Source of the DNA: Mytilus edulis
Lineage: Eukaryota
DNA: 64,000 bases
Assembly: GCF_963676685.1 (NCBI RefSeq)
Contig: NC_092352.1
Span: 76,322,001-76,386,000, forward strand
Direction of reading: 5' to 3'
The notes below the pieces were generated by a model. It did no database searches. It saw only the letters and a program-made list of their open reading frames with translations, and had not been told where the DNA came from. Shown piece by piece: positions 24,331 to 38,800 of this stretch (its first letter is position 1; each line of letters starts with the position of its first letter). The translations under genes were made by a program, and so were the position numbers.

Positions 24331-26927
24331 ATGATTAAGCTTTACACTTCAATGTCGTTGATCCTTTTTTTACAGTTTTTACTGTGTTTCAGTAATGGTA
24401 GAGGAGAGGATAATGTGGAAAACACAGACGGAAGCAACAAACGTTTATTACTTAATGACCCAGACGCAATTTACAATAGGCTTGAACATTTAGAACGATC
24501 ACTTCAACAACAACAAGCTACAATACTTCAACTGACACGCAATATGCCTCTCAGTAAGTATCTTTACGGTGAAATAATTTTGTTATCAGTTGACTTTTTG
24601 ATATTACCAGAAGGAGTTGGAGGTTCAAAATATTAAACTTCACGTTAACTGCACTCGACAAAATAAACTCTACCCAAAGGCAGCTTTTAATTAAATATTC
24701 GACACACAACATGTTTAAAGTAATGTATAAGGAAACTAAAAATAAATATTCATGAGTATTGTCTCCAAAAAAATCTTTCGTCGCAATTATTGGGTTTTAG
24801 TTTATTCGTAGTAAATTTCTGCATTTCTAACAAATTATAGAAAACAAAATCGTCGTCCATTTCTGTCAAATATTTTATATATCTTGTACTGTATAATGAA
24901 CCCTATCCTTCCTTTCAATTTTAACAACATGCTATGTCTCTGTCTCTCGTACTGTATGTCACTGTATTTAGATGTTTTAGTCCGTTGTAGTGTATGCCTG
25001 TGAAAAGTAAAATATCAAAATAGCTGTTCATACAATTTGTATCATACTAATGTGTACAGGAGAATAAACACTACTGAATGATCTGAACATAGGCTTAATA
25101 TCTTATTAGACTACAAGCACATTGTCAGAATGGTACTGATATTACCGCAGTAGAAAAAGACCGAACGACTAAAAAACATTTTATAATATATTGTTCAGTC
25201 TGGTAAGTTATTTTTCAGAAGAGATTTTTTTCGCTAGTGAAGGTGTAGATTATCTTCAATTACGATTGGAAAATATCAGTTTCGAGTATGAATTATTCGA
25301 AAGTTTCGACTTTGTTGCAAACTTGTAGTGAATATGACAATAGACATAAAGAAGACTTTTTTTGATCTCATTACTGTCTGTTCCCACCATATAAATATTT
25401 TTTTTGTATATTAAAAACAATTTTTATAATTATTCAGATCAAGGATCAAATTACATACAGTGGGGGAAACTTATTTGTTCAGCTGCAGAAACAGTTTACT
25501 CAGGTATGGTGTGTTTAACCTTCATTACACTTCAAAACTAGTTGGTGATTTGACGATCGGTTTTTTAGTTTTATCTGATGACTCGCAACGGAGTCAGTAA
25601 CACTGTTTAAAAGATGTAAATCAATTAAGTGAAAAACAAATCCGGATTACAAAGTAAAACCGTGGAAAAAACATCAACTATAAGCGAGAAACAACGGAAC
25701 AACGAAAACTGCAATAACAAAGGCTATTTGATAATAACTGCCAAATTCCTGATTTGGTACAAAACAAAACTGTCATTCTTAATGCCATACTAGTGAAATT
25801 TTTTAAATAAAAATTTGAAATATCCCCAGAGTATCGTCCGCGATGGTGCAAAGTTGTTGACATTGACTTATACCACCAACTGTTGTCGCCAAATGTAAAA
25901 ATGATATATCATCCAATAAAAATGACGATACATGTCTTACAGCACTAGGATTATAAGGAGTATTATATATAGTATTTTTGTCATAATAATCAATTGCTAT
26001 GCACTATTTAGGAAAGGATGCCACGTAATCTAAAAATCATAGAATCGTATAATCATGCATTCCAACCTTTCCGGTTTGTGGATCTCCAGTGCTCCCCAAC
26101 TTCTTAATCGATATGGTCTTTTAATTTTGCTTTTATTCGAGCGTCATTTGTAAATATTTTGTAGACAAAACGCTCGTCTGGTGTTCAACATGTCAAGCCT
26201 AGTATCTCTGATGAGTTTATTTACAAGTATTGTCTTTGAACATAAACTTCAATACTGGTTAAGCGCAGAAACCCTACGAAATGTGAATTGTTATAAATGA
26301 ATTGATTGCGAAGTTTCCATTTACTAGGCAATTTGCAAATCCTTGAAATGTAATGCAGCGGTTTTATATTTATAATTACTTTCATTTTCGGACGATACAC
26401 TCGCCTTATCTTCAAACTCATTTCAGCAGCTTCACATGTTGCATTTTATAGGATTTGCCACTGGACAGCGGTATGATACAACAAAGTATACAGACAGGTT
26501 TGGTGGACCAGCGAACTTTCTTTGCCTACCTAATAATCCAGAATTAAGTAACAGAACAATTCCGGGTAACAGTTTTATTTACGGCACTGAATACGAAGAG
26601 AACTTTTTGCACAGCGACTCGGACAGTGAGGATGTACCTTGTGCCTTTTGCAGAAGTAACGGTTCAGCTTCAACAGCAATGTTTCCAGGAAGAAAGACCT
26701 GCTACGATGGTTGGAAAATGGAATATTTGGGGTATATTATGTCTGGGTATTTTGGTTATAGAGCTTCGTCTTATATCTGTGTTGATATAGATGGGGAATA
26801 CGTTCAAGGTGGTAAACCTGATATTGACGGGCAAGCATTGTATGCAACGGGTACGAAGTGCGGAACACTCCCTTGTCCACCGTACAATGACAATATGGCT
26901 GTGTATTGTGTGGTTTGTTCCAAATAA
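24331..26927 (+). CDS. Cluster copy 4: intact secreted coiled-coil + short-chain collagen C4-like protein, ~254 aa; exons 24331-24553, 25438-25503, 26452-26927
   Basis: Signal peptide, KRLLLNDPD, phase-1 GT-AG introns, open 765-nt spliced frame ending CVVCSK*. Confidence 0.9.
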
Positions 26928-29302
26928 ACATATGGTATACACACAGAATATGTTGTGATAATTATAAGAAAACTTAATATATAATATAAAAAGATACCAG
27001 ATGGACATTCAAACTCATTAATAGAAAATTAACTGACAACGCCATGGCAAAAAATTAACACCAAACAAACAAACAGGCAGACAGACAGACAAACAATATT
27101 ACACAAAACACAACATAGTTTACGCTCTGCTTAAAAAAAGAAATTTCGTTTTAATTTGTATTGTCCTGATTATTGACACGCTTATAAGAACATTCATTAT
27201 ACCTTATAAACCAATGTCCTTTGAAATTTGTTTTTATCGTTTTTATCACGCAAAAACAGAACTGTATTGTTGATTAGATGGACTGGTTTGTTATAAACTT
27301 TGACATTAAAAAGACGAAACAGGAACAAATATACATCTAAAATGTTTATCAAAGGATTTTTATCGCGGTGTTGAATGCCCATTGGTGGCCTTTGGCTGTT
27401 TTATGCTTTTTGGTCTGGATGTTGTCTCTTTGACATATCCCCCATTTTCATTCTCAATTTTGTATTATCATTTTATAATAGAATATAATGCTATTCACAT
27501 GTATAGCAAAAGAACATCCCTCACTTGCTTTCATTGCGTTTTCGATATTTCTAAAACAAACTTTCAGTGGTTGTCGTTTATTGCTGTGTAACATTTGTTC
27601 ATTATTTAGGTATATAAATAAGGCCGTTAGTTTTCCCATTTGAATTGTTTTACATTTGTCATTTCGGTGCCTTCTATAGCTGACTATGCGGTATGGACTT
27701 TGCTCATTGTTGAAGGTAATACTGTGCTTTATAGTTGTAAATGATTTAAAATACTGAATAAGACTTGGAAACGTTCAATCTCGAGGTTGCCACCCTTCGT
27801 ACCTAATTAAAAAAAAGAGCAAGTCCAATTATCATGCTTAAATACTGAATATAGTGTAAATAAAGACAACAATAGTATACTGCTGTTCAGAAGTGCAGCA
27901 AAAAACAAACGACAATGTAATATACATAGAAACGAACTATTAAATAACAACTGCCATATTCCTGACATGGTACAGGACATTTCATGAAAAAAGGGTGGGT
28001 TGAACCTGGTTTTTTGGCTAGCCAAACCTTATTTCTTCATGGCAATGCAAAATATACCGCAAATACAGTACAAATTAATACAGGAACAATCAGGACAGAT
28101 AAATACATAAATAAATAATATAATAGTACATTTCGACATGTTAATCACAGAAAAACAACGAATACATAATAGGTCATGGATAGTAATTATGGGTTGCAAT
28201 GGGTTGTAATAGGTCAATAATACAACGAATAGGTCATGGATCGACATTCGTTCGTTGGAGGAGGAGCCAGTGTCCATTACAAACAGAACTTGTCTATTCA
28301 GATATATAACGTAAGCTATGTTTTAATTTAGCAGAACGAAATTTAAGATGTATAAAAAATATAAAGACTCTATTAATATTTCAAAAACGGGTATGAATAA
28401 TATGAATTTGAGAAATTATAGTTTTATTCCACAAAGTTTCAAAACTAAATATTTAAGTCTTTCAAGTGACGGTGTGCCACTGCTGGTGGATGTATCGCTC
28501 ACGAGGGTATCATCGGTCTAGTACACAGCACTCCGGAGTTGACATGAATATCAAAGGTATGGTCATTTTTATACATCATTTTTTTTCAAAAGTATGAATT
28601 ATTCGAAATACTAAGGATTTTCTTAACATAGACCTTTATTACCTGATCCGTATTTGGCACAACTTTTTGGAATTTTTGGCCATCGATGCCTTTCCTCTTT
28701 ATACTTGTTATTGGCTTTTTAACTATTTTGACCTGCGCGTCACTGATGAGTCTGATACCGTCGACTAACATTGGTGTATAGACCGACGTTCACCAGACGT
28801 ACAGAGAAAATTGACAAAGTCTGTATACGTTCTATGCACGCAAGAGGAACGCTAAGCAATCGTTAGATGCGTTTTGCAGAAGTTCAAAGTACGTCGAAAT
28901 GCAAAGGTATACGCTTAGCAACGCTTTAACGGAGGGAATTTCTATGCAACATTAATACCGGCGTCACACATCAGCGTATAGCTCCAACGTACGCCGGACG
29001 TGTTAAAAAAAATCATGAACACTGCCAATACGCTAGTAATTTTGGATGCCTTCAACCTGTCAATTATATCTGTATCGTGTGCACAACGAGCGTTAAGCGT
29101 GTATTGGGCGTACAAGAAGCGTACCTAAGCTTTAATCTGGCGTTCAAGTAACGTATGTTGGCGTTTATCTAATGTAGATGGAATGCACACTACAAAGGAA
29201 AAGAAGTCTCTTGAACGTATTTGAGACGCGTCCCGGTCGTATCTGGGAAGATAATCCGTGCTTTCGGCGTGTCTGGGACGTTTTATCATGGGGTGTTTGT
29301 AA

Positions 29303-29683
29303 TGCCGGCCTCACACATTGGCGTATAGACCGGCGTGCACCAAACGTACAGAGAAAATTGACAAAGTCGGTATGGTCAGTCGCACGCCAGAGGAACACTA
29401 AGCAATCGTTTAACGCGAGTGGCATTCCTTTTAGTTAAAGTCGATCGATCTTGTATTGTATATATTACGTCCGTGTAGCGAACATGTATACGCAAGACAA
29501 ACGTTTGAGCTGGATAAAATGTTTATGCTGCCAAAAAATTTCTTGGAGTTGTAGCGTTCACCAACCATATACCTTTGCATTTCGACGTTCTTCAAACTTA
29601 TCAAACGCATGTTTAACGATTGCTTAGCGTTCCTCTGGCGTGCAACTAACGTATACCGACTTTACCAATGTGTGACGCCGGCA
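29303..29683. mobile_element. Nested Harbinger-like MITE, TAA TSD
   Basis: TAA-TGCCGGCCTCACACATTGG ... CCAATGTGTGACGCCGGCA-TAA. Confidence 0.75.
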
Positions 29684-30273
29684 TAACATTTTTATCTAGC
29701 TCCAGCGTCTTTCAAGTCTATACTTGTTCTCTACACACACATATTACAAACGTTACATTCACGTTGGTAAATGCTACAGACAAGTTTGAGACATGTTTAG
29801 GGCACGTTGTATACACCTCAAGATCGTTAGATTTTTGTCTTGGACTTTTACTTGGACGTATGCCAGGCGTGTATGAACATACGCCTGGCGTAGTGTCAGC
29901 GCTTCATGCACGCATTCAACATACTTAACGCACCCGTGACGTATTCAAAACGTATTCTGACATTCAACGAAACTTGCTCTGTCATTTATATAGTGGGATA
30001 TGTTCGTGAATTCACAAGACCATGTGTATCCAGAAGTAGTACAAACAATGAAATTAAGAATAGAAATGGGGACAACAACCCGACCAAAGACCAGGTAACA
30101 GTCGAAGGTCACCTGTATATGGATTTTCAATGTAGCGGGAAAATCCCGCACCCGGAGGTAGGCTTCAGCTGGCCCCTTAATAAAAATGTGTACTAGTTCA
30201 GTGAAACATCCCATCAGATTATAAAACAAGAACTATCTTTAAAAAAGATATCCAACGTATTTAAATTTGAGTA

Positions 30274-30479
30274 CTGTAAATTCAGAAATTATTGCGAGGT
30301 TTTTATTATAGCGAAAAATGCGACAGAGTTGTAAACGCAATAATTTAAACTCGCATTTTGAAATAGTTTATATGAATTAAACAGGACTTATCTCAAAATC
30401 GTAAAAATTAAAATCGCATTTAAGTCTAAAATGACAAAATCGCAATAATAAATGCACGCAATAATTTCTGAATTTACAG
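30274..30479. mobile_element. MITE with TA TSD (Tc1/mariner-like)
   Basis: TA-CTGTAAATTCAGAAATTATTGCG ... CGCAATAATTTCTGAATTTACAG-TA, perfect 23-bp TIR. Confidence 0.85.
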
Positions 30480-33400
30480 TATATGTTTAAAACTATCATT
30501 TCGATAACCTTCAGAAGCACAAAGATACCATTTAAATAACGTTTTCTCTGTTTGTGTTCAGTATTCACGGTCCTCGTATCTTTCTGTTTACATTCACCAA
30601 AACCCCGCGGAAATCTCACATGCGTAGGTGCGTTCTAAAAGTCATGTACGTTCGTACAACAAAGTTTACATTAAAAGTTATATAATTGTCTCGAATAAAC
30701 AGCTGTCACGGATGCAAAGAGCTATTGGAGAAACAATTATTTTAATAAAAATATAAATCTTTGTAAGATCTAGTTAAATATTTTATAGTTTTTCACTTGC
30801 TTTCCATCACGATATAATTAACGAGACGTTTTTTCAAACACAACAAAATCACCAACCATAAACAGCATTTTGTCCAATCACAGAAAGGATTTTCGAGCAT
30901 GCGTATTCTGTTACCATAGTTAAGCGTCCTTAAGTTCAAAGGGCACAAACCGAAAATATACCGACTACGTCGAAAAAAAAGAAGATGCGGAATGATTGCC
31001 AATGAAACAACTCTACACACCAAATGACACGGAACTGGCCCCTTAATAAAAATGTGTACTAGTTCAGTGAAACATCCCATCAGATTATAAAAAAAAGAAG
31101 ATGCGGAATGATTGCCAATGAAACAACTCTACACACCAAATGACACGGAAATGATCAAATCGTCCGACCTACAACAATGACCTACCTCTATACCAGTACC
31201 ACATAGTTAGAAAAAAGGCCTTGATATCACAAATTTAAAACAATTAAAACGAGAAAACAAAATGCCTAACAAATATGTTACACAGCAACAAACGACAACC
31301 ACTGAAAATGCAGGCTCCTGACTTGCGACAGGCACATACATACACAATGTGGTTGGGTTTAACATGTTTGCGGGACACCAACCCTCCCCAACCTGCCTGG
31401 GACAGTGATGTAACAGTTCAACAAATAACATAACTCAAATACGTTCAATGGACGTTTTTCCATCGTAGCGTTCATTCAGTCTACGTTAGACAAATGCTAG
31501 ACAAACGCCAGAAATACGCCAACATACGTTACTTGAACGCCCGATAAACGCGTATGTACGCCTCTCATAAGCTTTAATCATGCTTTAAGCTCGTTGTGCA
31601 TACGATACAGATATGATTGACAAGTTCGATGCGTCCAAAATTACTAGCGTATTGGCAGCGTACATAGTTTTATCCCACACCTAGCGTACGTCGGTGCTAT
31701 ACACTGATGTATGACGCCGATATATGTAGACGAAACACGTGTCTCGCGTATTAAATTATAAGCCTTAACGTGTACGGCTTTGATAACTATTTTAATTTTT
31801 TTTTCTCGTCCATGTTTTGATTTAGTGGCTATTTAACACTTTTTAATATATTAGTTTTATGATCGAAGAAATTGTGATCTAATATGAATAATGTTTAATT
31901 CTGTTTGTGCAATCAAGTTATGATAATTGTACACTTTTAACCAAAAAAAAGGTTATGCTGCTGGTCAGGAATACGTCTACGACAGTGCTCACTTTGGCGG
32001 ACCCTCAAATATGCTATGTTTACCGAAAGATCCAGAATTGAGCAATCGGACAGGATCATCACACAGTCGTTTATATGGTACGGAATTCGAAGGAAACAAT
32101 TTTGCTCCGGGTTCCACAGACGAAGATGTTCCTTGTGCCCTCTGTCGGAGTAACAATACATCTTCGTCAGTTATGATTCCTGGAAGAAAGTCATGTTACT
32201 CTGGATGGAAAAAGGAGTACTTTGGTATTTTAGCGTCTAATTGTTACCATTGCAAAGCTTCGTCGTAGATTTGTGTGGATATGAATCCTGAGTTCATTGC
32301 AGGCGGAGAGAGAAATAATGATAATAATTTGTTGTATGCAACAAGCATGAAGTGTGGTTCCCTTCCATGTCCACCGTACCACACTGATTTGGAAGTATAC
32401 TGTGTTGTTTGTTCTAAGTAAAATCATTTGCTTACTTTTAATAAAGGTGTCTATATCTCATTAGCATCATTTGTATATGGTTTTGGTTGTATATATTTTA
32501 ATTTTAAAAAAACAAATCCAGGGGAGGAGGAATAACGCCAATGAGACAGTAACACCACCTCTTCCTCACCACACTACAGAAATACTTCATTATTTTCAAA
32601 TTAACATAAGAATTTTAAAAACATTACATATTTCATTTTACAATTCATTCAAAAACAATGCAGAACAATTCATTGCATAATCTTAAAAAAGCTGATTGAA
32701 CTCTATCCAATGAAGTGCCTTTACCAAGTCATCCAGATAAAGCATGTGTTGTTCGATGTTGTTGTTAGTCAGGGAAGTATGTGGGTATATTTTTGTTTTT
32801 GAGTTGCGTTTGTTGGTGATTGTATTGTCCGATATACTGTCCGAAATGTTTTGTTTTCTCCTTGGTTTCATTCATTGAACCTTGATTGGGCGTGGTCGAC
32901 AATACATTCTGTTACTTCTCTATAGATAATATATTAGTTAGGTATCTACTCCAGCCATACAGTTAATTGCAAAGATAAGGACACGATATGAAAATGTCGT
33001 TATTATTGTAAAAGAGAGGAAAAGATACTTATATATTTCATATCGAGTGAGAATTTGATATTGCTTGATGTCAAATCGCGTTATTTAATTTCAATTTAAT
33101 AATAAACGAGAAGACGTGAAACCTATTTCTCTTATGGTCAGCACTTTCACTGTGTTGAATAAAAAATCCCGTGAATCGTTGATCTAGTCGTATGCACAAA
33201 TCAATATGACGTCAAATGTCCTGTTCCGATGTCAAACTTAAACATCAGACTTGCTAATTTTTTTCTACGACTTGTTATGAATTAAAATTTGACAAAATAA
33301 AGATATTCAGGTGAAAAGTGTGAGTTTTTTGTATATTATTCAATAAATCACACATGCCCGTTTCTAAGGACGAAATTAACATAGTCTTAACCGTTGAAAT

Positions 33401-33774
33401 TTATTAGTGACCTATTGAATATCCAATGGAAATGCCTTCATATGGTCTCATGAAGCTGAATAAGCCAATCATCAAATTAACGCATATTTTTATATCATTT
33501 TTCGTTTCAAACTCCGTACAACGTGATACGACAATATTTATTCATGCACGTAATAGATAATAGGCAACAAACATAAGAAAAATTAAAACCCATAAGTCCA
33601 AACTTACTGACCACATCATGCCAAGAAATGAAAAACAAACCGACAAAAAAGTAAAGAACAGTATACAAAACACAGCACAAAAAAAAAAAGAATGATCAAC
33701 AGAAACACCATCAAAACTGGCAGATTGTTAGTAATCGTTTATTCTATCGGTCTATGTAAAGTTTAAACAGAAGG

Positions 33775-34380
33775 AGATTCACATCTAGCATGCTTAGACA
33801 TTGATAATAAGTGTCGTTTGAAAATAAAACTTTACGACAAAAAAGATGACTTCAGCTTCCAATTGTGAATTTTCCATTTATATTTAGCAACATGCCAGCA
33901 CCGCCTGCATAATGAGTAGATATAGCCCAGTTGAATGTCTCATCATAACTTCTTTTATTGATGGTTGCTACTCACAAGAAATTTATTAAACCAAGAGTTC
34001 CAAGTAGTGAAGTTGAAGTCATTCCTTCGTAAGTTTTATGGACGCTTTCACGAATTGGTAGACCGTGATGGAATATCCGTATCACAGATTATAACGGATA
34101 TATTTCTAATGTCATTAATATGTGACCGTCCGAATTCGACTTATTACCGAGTTTATAATAACATGAGCAACACGAAGGTTGCCACATGGGGATTAGCTTA
34201 CCCCTTCCAGAGACCATGAGATCAACCCTGTTTTTGGAGAGTTGCATGTCGTTCAGTCTTAAGTTATGTTTTGTGTATTATTATATGTCTATTGGTACTT
34301 TTCTATTTTAGCCTTGGCGTTGTCTGTTTATTGTCGACATATAAATTCGATTGCCCCTCTGGTATCTTTAGCCTCTCTTT
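33775..34380 (+). mobile_element. Decayed Penelope-like retroelement RT C-terminal fragment plus 3' repeat
   Basis: Broken translation KLYDKKDDFSF..VNFPF..SNMPAPPA...LLTRNLLNQEFQVVKLKSFLRKFYGR resembles mollusc Penelope-type RT ends (recalled, not searched). Confidence 0.6.
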
Positions 34381-35601
34381 CATATTTGATACCATCAGTT
34401 TGGAACTATTTCTAAATGTAGTATTTGCATTTATCTGTAGCATTATTTGTGAAATGCAGTTAATTTTTTGCTTGTACTATTAATTAAGATAAAGTTTGTG
34501 ACATGTTAGAAAGCGAATGATGTTCAAACATAAGAGTCGGAAATAAACTAATAATGACATGCCAAGAGGAGCAAAACGATAAAAATAACAGTTAAAAGTG
34601 TACAAACACAACATTAACAACTGTAGACGGAGTATACTAATCGAACCAAAACGGAGGGCATTCCAATGTGCGCGGGGAGGGTAAGCACTCTCCACATGTG
34701 AACTCCATCGTATTGCATAATATGTAAGTACAAACCGGGGGTAAGTATTATTTGGTAAATTACATTCGAGATGAGGTGAACGTGGTTGTTATGACAACTG
34801 GAACATATATGCCGTCATCTGTGAAACATTCAAGATACAAAGCACACTTTACCGTATGCAAGAGAGGCGAAAGAGAATAGAAGTACATTCAAACTCATCA
34901 GTAACAATAAACTGAAAACGCCATGTCTAAAAAAGAAAAAGACAAAAAGACAAACAATAGTACACAAAATAAAATGTGATTCTTTACTATGCAGAGAAAT
35001 GATATAAGGTTAATATAATAGTAATTCACAAATAAAATTTACATTTTACGCGTTTCTCTGGTCCAAAGAGCAAGGTATGCATACTTTTGATAGTTTCGTT
35101 AATTTGAACGAAATCGTGTTGCATTTGATTTCAGTTAATTTGCCAATTATTACTTTAATATGATTCGGAGTGAATAATTGTCGCAAGTCCTTTTGATCGA
35201 TGGGTAAAGCATTGCAACTATTGCAACAAAACGCAAATGACAAAATGATTAAGGTCTTTTTCATCTGGTTTTACTGTTTGTTCTACTGGTGTGCTATTAT
35301 GAACCACTATCGTTGAATAAGAGTAGTATTCATCTAAAACACATGTTTAAAATGTCTTAAAATCATATTCAATGATCTATTATATTTTTTTTATCAATGC
35401 TTATGTATTCAAATGATTGATTGTTGCTTGATTAAGGACATGTTACATATCATGCATGTTCAGGATGACAAATGTTTAAGTAATCAATACTATAATAGTA
35501 AAGCTAAGGTTCCTTAAGATGGAATGAAGGAATGAAGATATTGCGGGTTGAAAATATGTCATGTAACTAGAAAACAATAGAATGTAAGATAGGGAGACAA
35601 T

Positions 35602-35662
<61 letters not shown>
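35602..35662. repeat. (CT)n microsatellite ~150 bp upstream of the copy 6 start codon
   Basis: Visible dinucleotide run. Confidence 0.95.
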
Positions 35663-35665
<3 letters not shown>

Positions 35666-35808
35666 TCTTATGTTACTTAATAGTAACTAATACTAGTATT
35701 AATTATTTTGCTACTGTAAGGTAAAGAAAAACACGATTAATTTATTGCACTGTATCGACTGTTATCTAATCTTAAAGTGAAGGTGGTCATAAGTCATTCT
35801 ACTGAATT

Positions 35809-38800
35809 ATGAACAGGGCATTAAGTTCTTGTGTTGTTTATTTTTGTTTGGCTTTTGCATTTGGAAAAAATGAGGACACACACACATTACACAAAAGACT
35901 TTTGTTAAATGATCCGGATATTGCTGCGACCCGACTGGCAAATGTGGAAGCTGCAGTTCAGCTGTTAAAGGGAACGGTATTAAAACTGGAAGCAGGTCTT
36001 CAGGCAGAAAAAAACAAAAATGCTGAACACGAGATAAATATTTCACAAATGACAAGCACTCTCAAAAAGCTACAAGGTATTTTACTGTTACGAAATAAGA
36101 CTCAAATGCTAGACATTAGTGTCTGTGATAGATTTATCAAACCTTATCTTATTCACATTTAACAAACTTTAAACTGTTAAAGATCCACTTTTAAATACGT
36201 TTCAATATTTTGATAATCAAATATCTTTACTTTATCTTTCATGGTCCTCATTTTTTGGGATATTGCTATCCAGTCTGGAAACAACTGGAAACACACATTG
36301 ATTTATTACTCACTATTTGACGACTTTATGCAAATGTATTATCTGTCTTAAAGAAATGTAAAATACAATTTTGTATAAAATTTAAAAAAAAAAATCACAG
36401 ATAAGCTGAGCTGAATAAATAGAGCGGTTTAGAAACAAATGAAAATTTAATAACAGTCTGTAAAACACGATGCTCCAATAACTCCAATGGTCAACCCCTT
36501 AAATCAACAATATAACAGCTAAATATTGACCATGTTTGACTGTGTGGTGCGAACAATAGACGTTTTTTTCTTCTAAATATGTTACCAATTGCTAATGCTT
36601 TAAGACGGATGATTACTCTATTTTGATAGATTTTGACGCATTTCGAGCTATTATTCTTTAATTGAGAAAAGAAAAATATGTCTAACATTATAAAAAATAT
36701 TATATCAAAAGTCTTGGTATGATTTGATTTGGGAAACAAAAAAAGTGAGTAAAAAAGTTAGAGCACCTGAGATCATCCCTAGTTTTTGGTGGGGTTCGTG
36801 TTGTTTATTCTTAAGTTTGCTATGTTGTGTCATGTGTACTATTGTTTGTCTGTTTGTCTTTTTCAATTTTTGCCTTGGCGTTTATTTTCAGTTTATTTTC
36901 GATTTATGAGTTTGACTGTCCCTCTGGTATCTTTCGTCCCTCTTTTAGTCCAATATTTCATGAAAACAAAGAATTATAGAATAATCAAAAACCTCAAAAA
37001 AAAAACAAATACTACACAACCACAATTTCGTTCATCTTTTTTATGTTTATATATTATAAGGTCTTTCCACCTTTCCGTGGAAAGACCTATTCATTTTGTT
37101 CTGATTATTTTTTTTTCTTCCTCCTAATTTGTTTCTTTCGCTGTATTTTGTTTTAAAAGATGTCGCTTAGTTTTTGAGTATATGATATTCAGTCTATACG
37201 CATTTGAAACTGATTTTATCCAGGTGGAAATACCTTCAATTGTTCTCTGAACAATAGGTTTTTAATCATTATTACCATTATTATTATAAGCTAACACATT
37301 GATGTATAAATTCATTCACATTAAAAAAGTGGAATTACATGTATTTTTTTTTTTTTTTTTTTTAGTTTTATTTCTTACAATCTCAGGTTTTTGGCGATAT
37401 CTGAAAAAAGAGGAGCAAAGATATAGTTCTATGTGTTTATCTGAAAGATGATAACCGATTTTTTTTCTGTTTTTTTTTTTTTATTTGTTTAGATAATTTT
37501 CTGGTCTGAAATTGGGATGAGAGGCGGATTTTAAAGAGCGAACATGCATATGGGCTCGGGTCCCCTACATGGATCAACATTTTTGGTTAACGCATAACAT
37601 TTTGCATCTTGTGTACTATTATTTGTCTGTTTGTCTGTTTATTTTTTAGCCATGGTGTTGTCAGTTTATTTACTATCTATGAGTTTGGCTGTCCCTCTGG
37701 TATCTTTCGCCCTTCTTTTGCAAGTCCCACTTCTTATATTGTTTTTCACTACCTATTCAAAATCCTTGATCCAAAACTTGTGATCTAATGTGAACTTCTC
37801 CGTTGATGGATTTTGTAATTCACTAGTTTCTATGAAATGTGTATTTCATTTTTTTTTTAGATCAAGGATCTACTTATATACAGTGGGGAAAGACATCCTG
37901 CTCATCCATTGGGACAGAAACTATTTATTCAGGTACTCAGTGATAAATGTGATGCGTTCCTCTAATGTCTAAAACTGTCACAACATATTCTATTCTTTTG
38001 TATTGGTGCTACATGTATATACTTTTGTGTTTTTACATAAATTATATAGCTAGGAAAATTAAAATGAGGAATATATATACGGCTTTACATGTACCAAGGA
38101 AATGGCATAAATGTGATATAGTATCCATCATAATATTGACAAATCAAAAGAAGTGTTCTAATATACATTACACTACTAAAGTTCAAAAATATTTTAAAAC
38201 ATCGTCAGATAAAATAAAAACAATTTAGCATGCTGAGCTGCACATGACTATAGACGCGTGTGTGCATTGAACGCTTTTCAACTTTATGTTAACAGTGAAT
38301 TGTATTTGATGTTATATTATACACTTGCCTACAATTTTTCTTGCTTCAAACCATACACAATATAATCATAACTATATCATATAAGTGACGCTCTCTTCTT
38401 TTAATTTGCACATGATAAAAGTAGTGGAATTTCCTAGGTAGTCGTCACTAATCAGTAGTGTTAACCGCCTACTCAAATACCCATACTTCTTCTATATTCT
38501 TTATTACATATGCACACACGGGCCTGTAGTCATGAGCAATTCAGCATGGTAAAGTGCATTTATCTATCTGACGTTGATTACAAAGAATTTTGAACTTTTG
38601 TAGTATAATGAAACGGCTCGAACACTACTTATGATCTGCCAAAAAGATAAATGATAAAAAAATCAGTCCATTATTGCCTTATTACTTTCCATCATATGTG
38701 TAAAATTGTTGCTCAACAGTCTACGCTTAATTCTAATTAAAAAAGAAGATGTGGTATGATTGCCAATGAGACTACTATTATTAGTATAATGTCTTACGAC

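Larger units (their letters stand above)
28756..31722. mobile_element. Composite Harbinger-like non-autonomous insertion(s) splitting a hammerhead repeat
   Basis: ~28955-29100 is inverted at ~31585-31722 (CCGGCGTCACACATCAG / CTGATGTATGACGCCG). The host sequence GCGTCACTGATGAGTCT | TATGTAGACGAAAC rejoins across the insert. Boundaries are approximate. Confidence 0.65.
28233..32421 (+). pseudogene. Cluster copy 5: exons 2-3 only (28233-28301, 31952-32421)
   Basis: Paralog of copy 1 exons 2-3. The exon 2 donor is mutated GT>AT, WGR is changed to WRR, and there is a premature TAG at 32266-32268. No exon 1 was found upstream. Confidence 0.85.
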
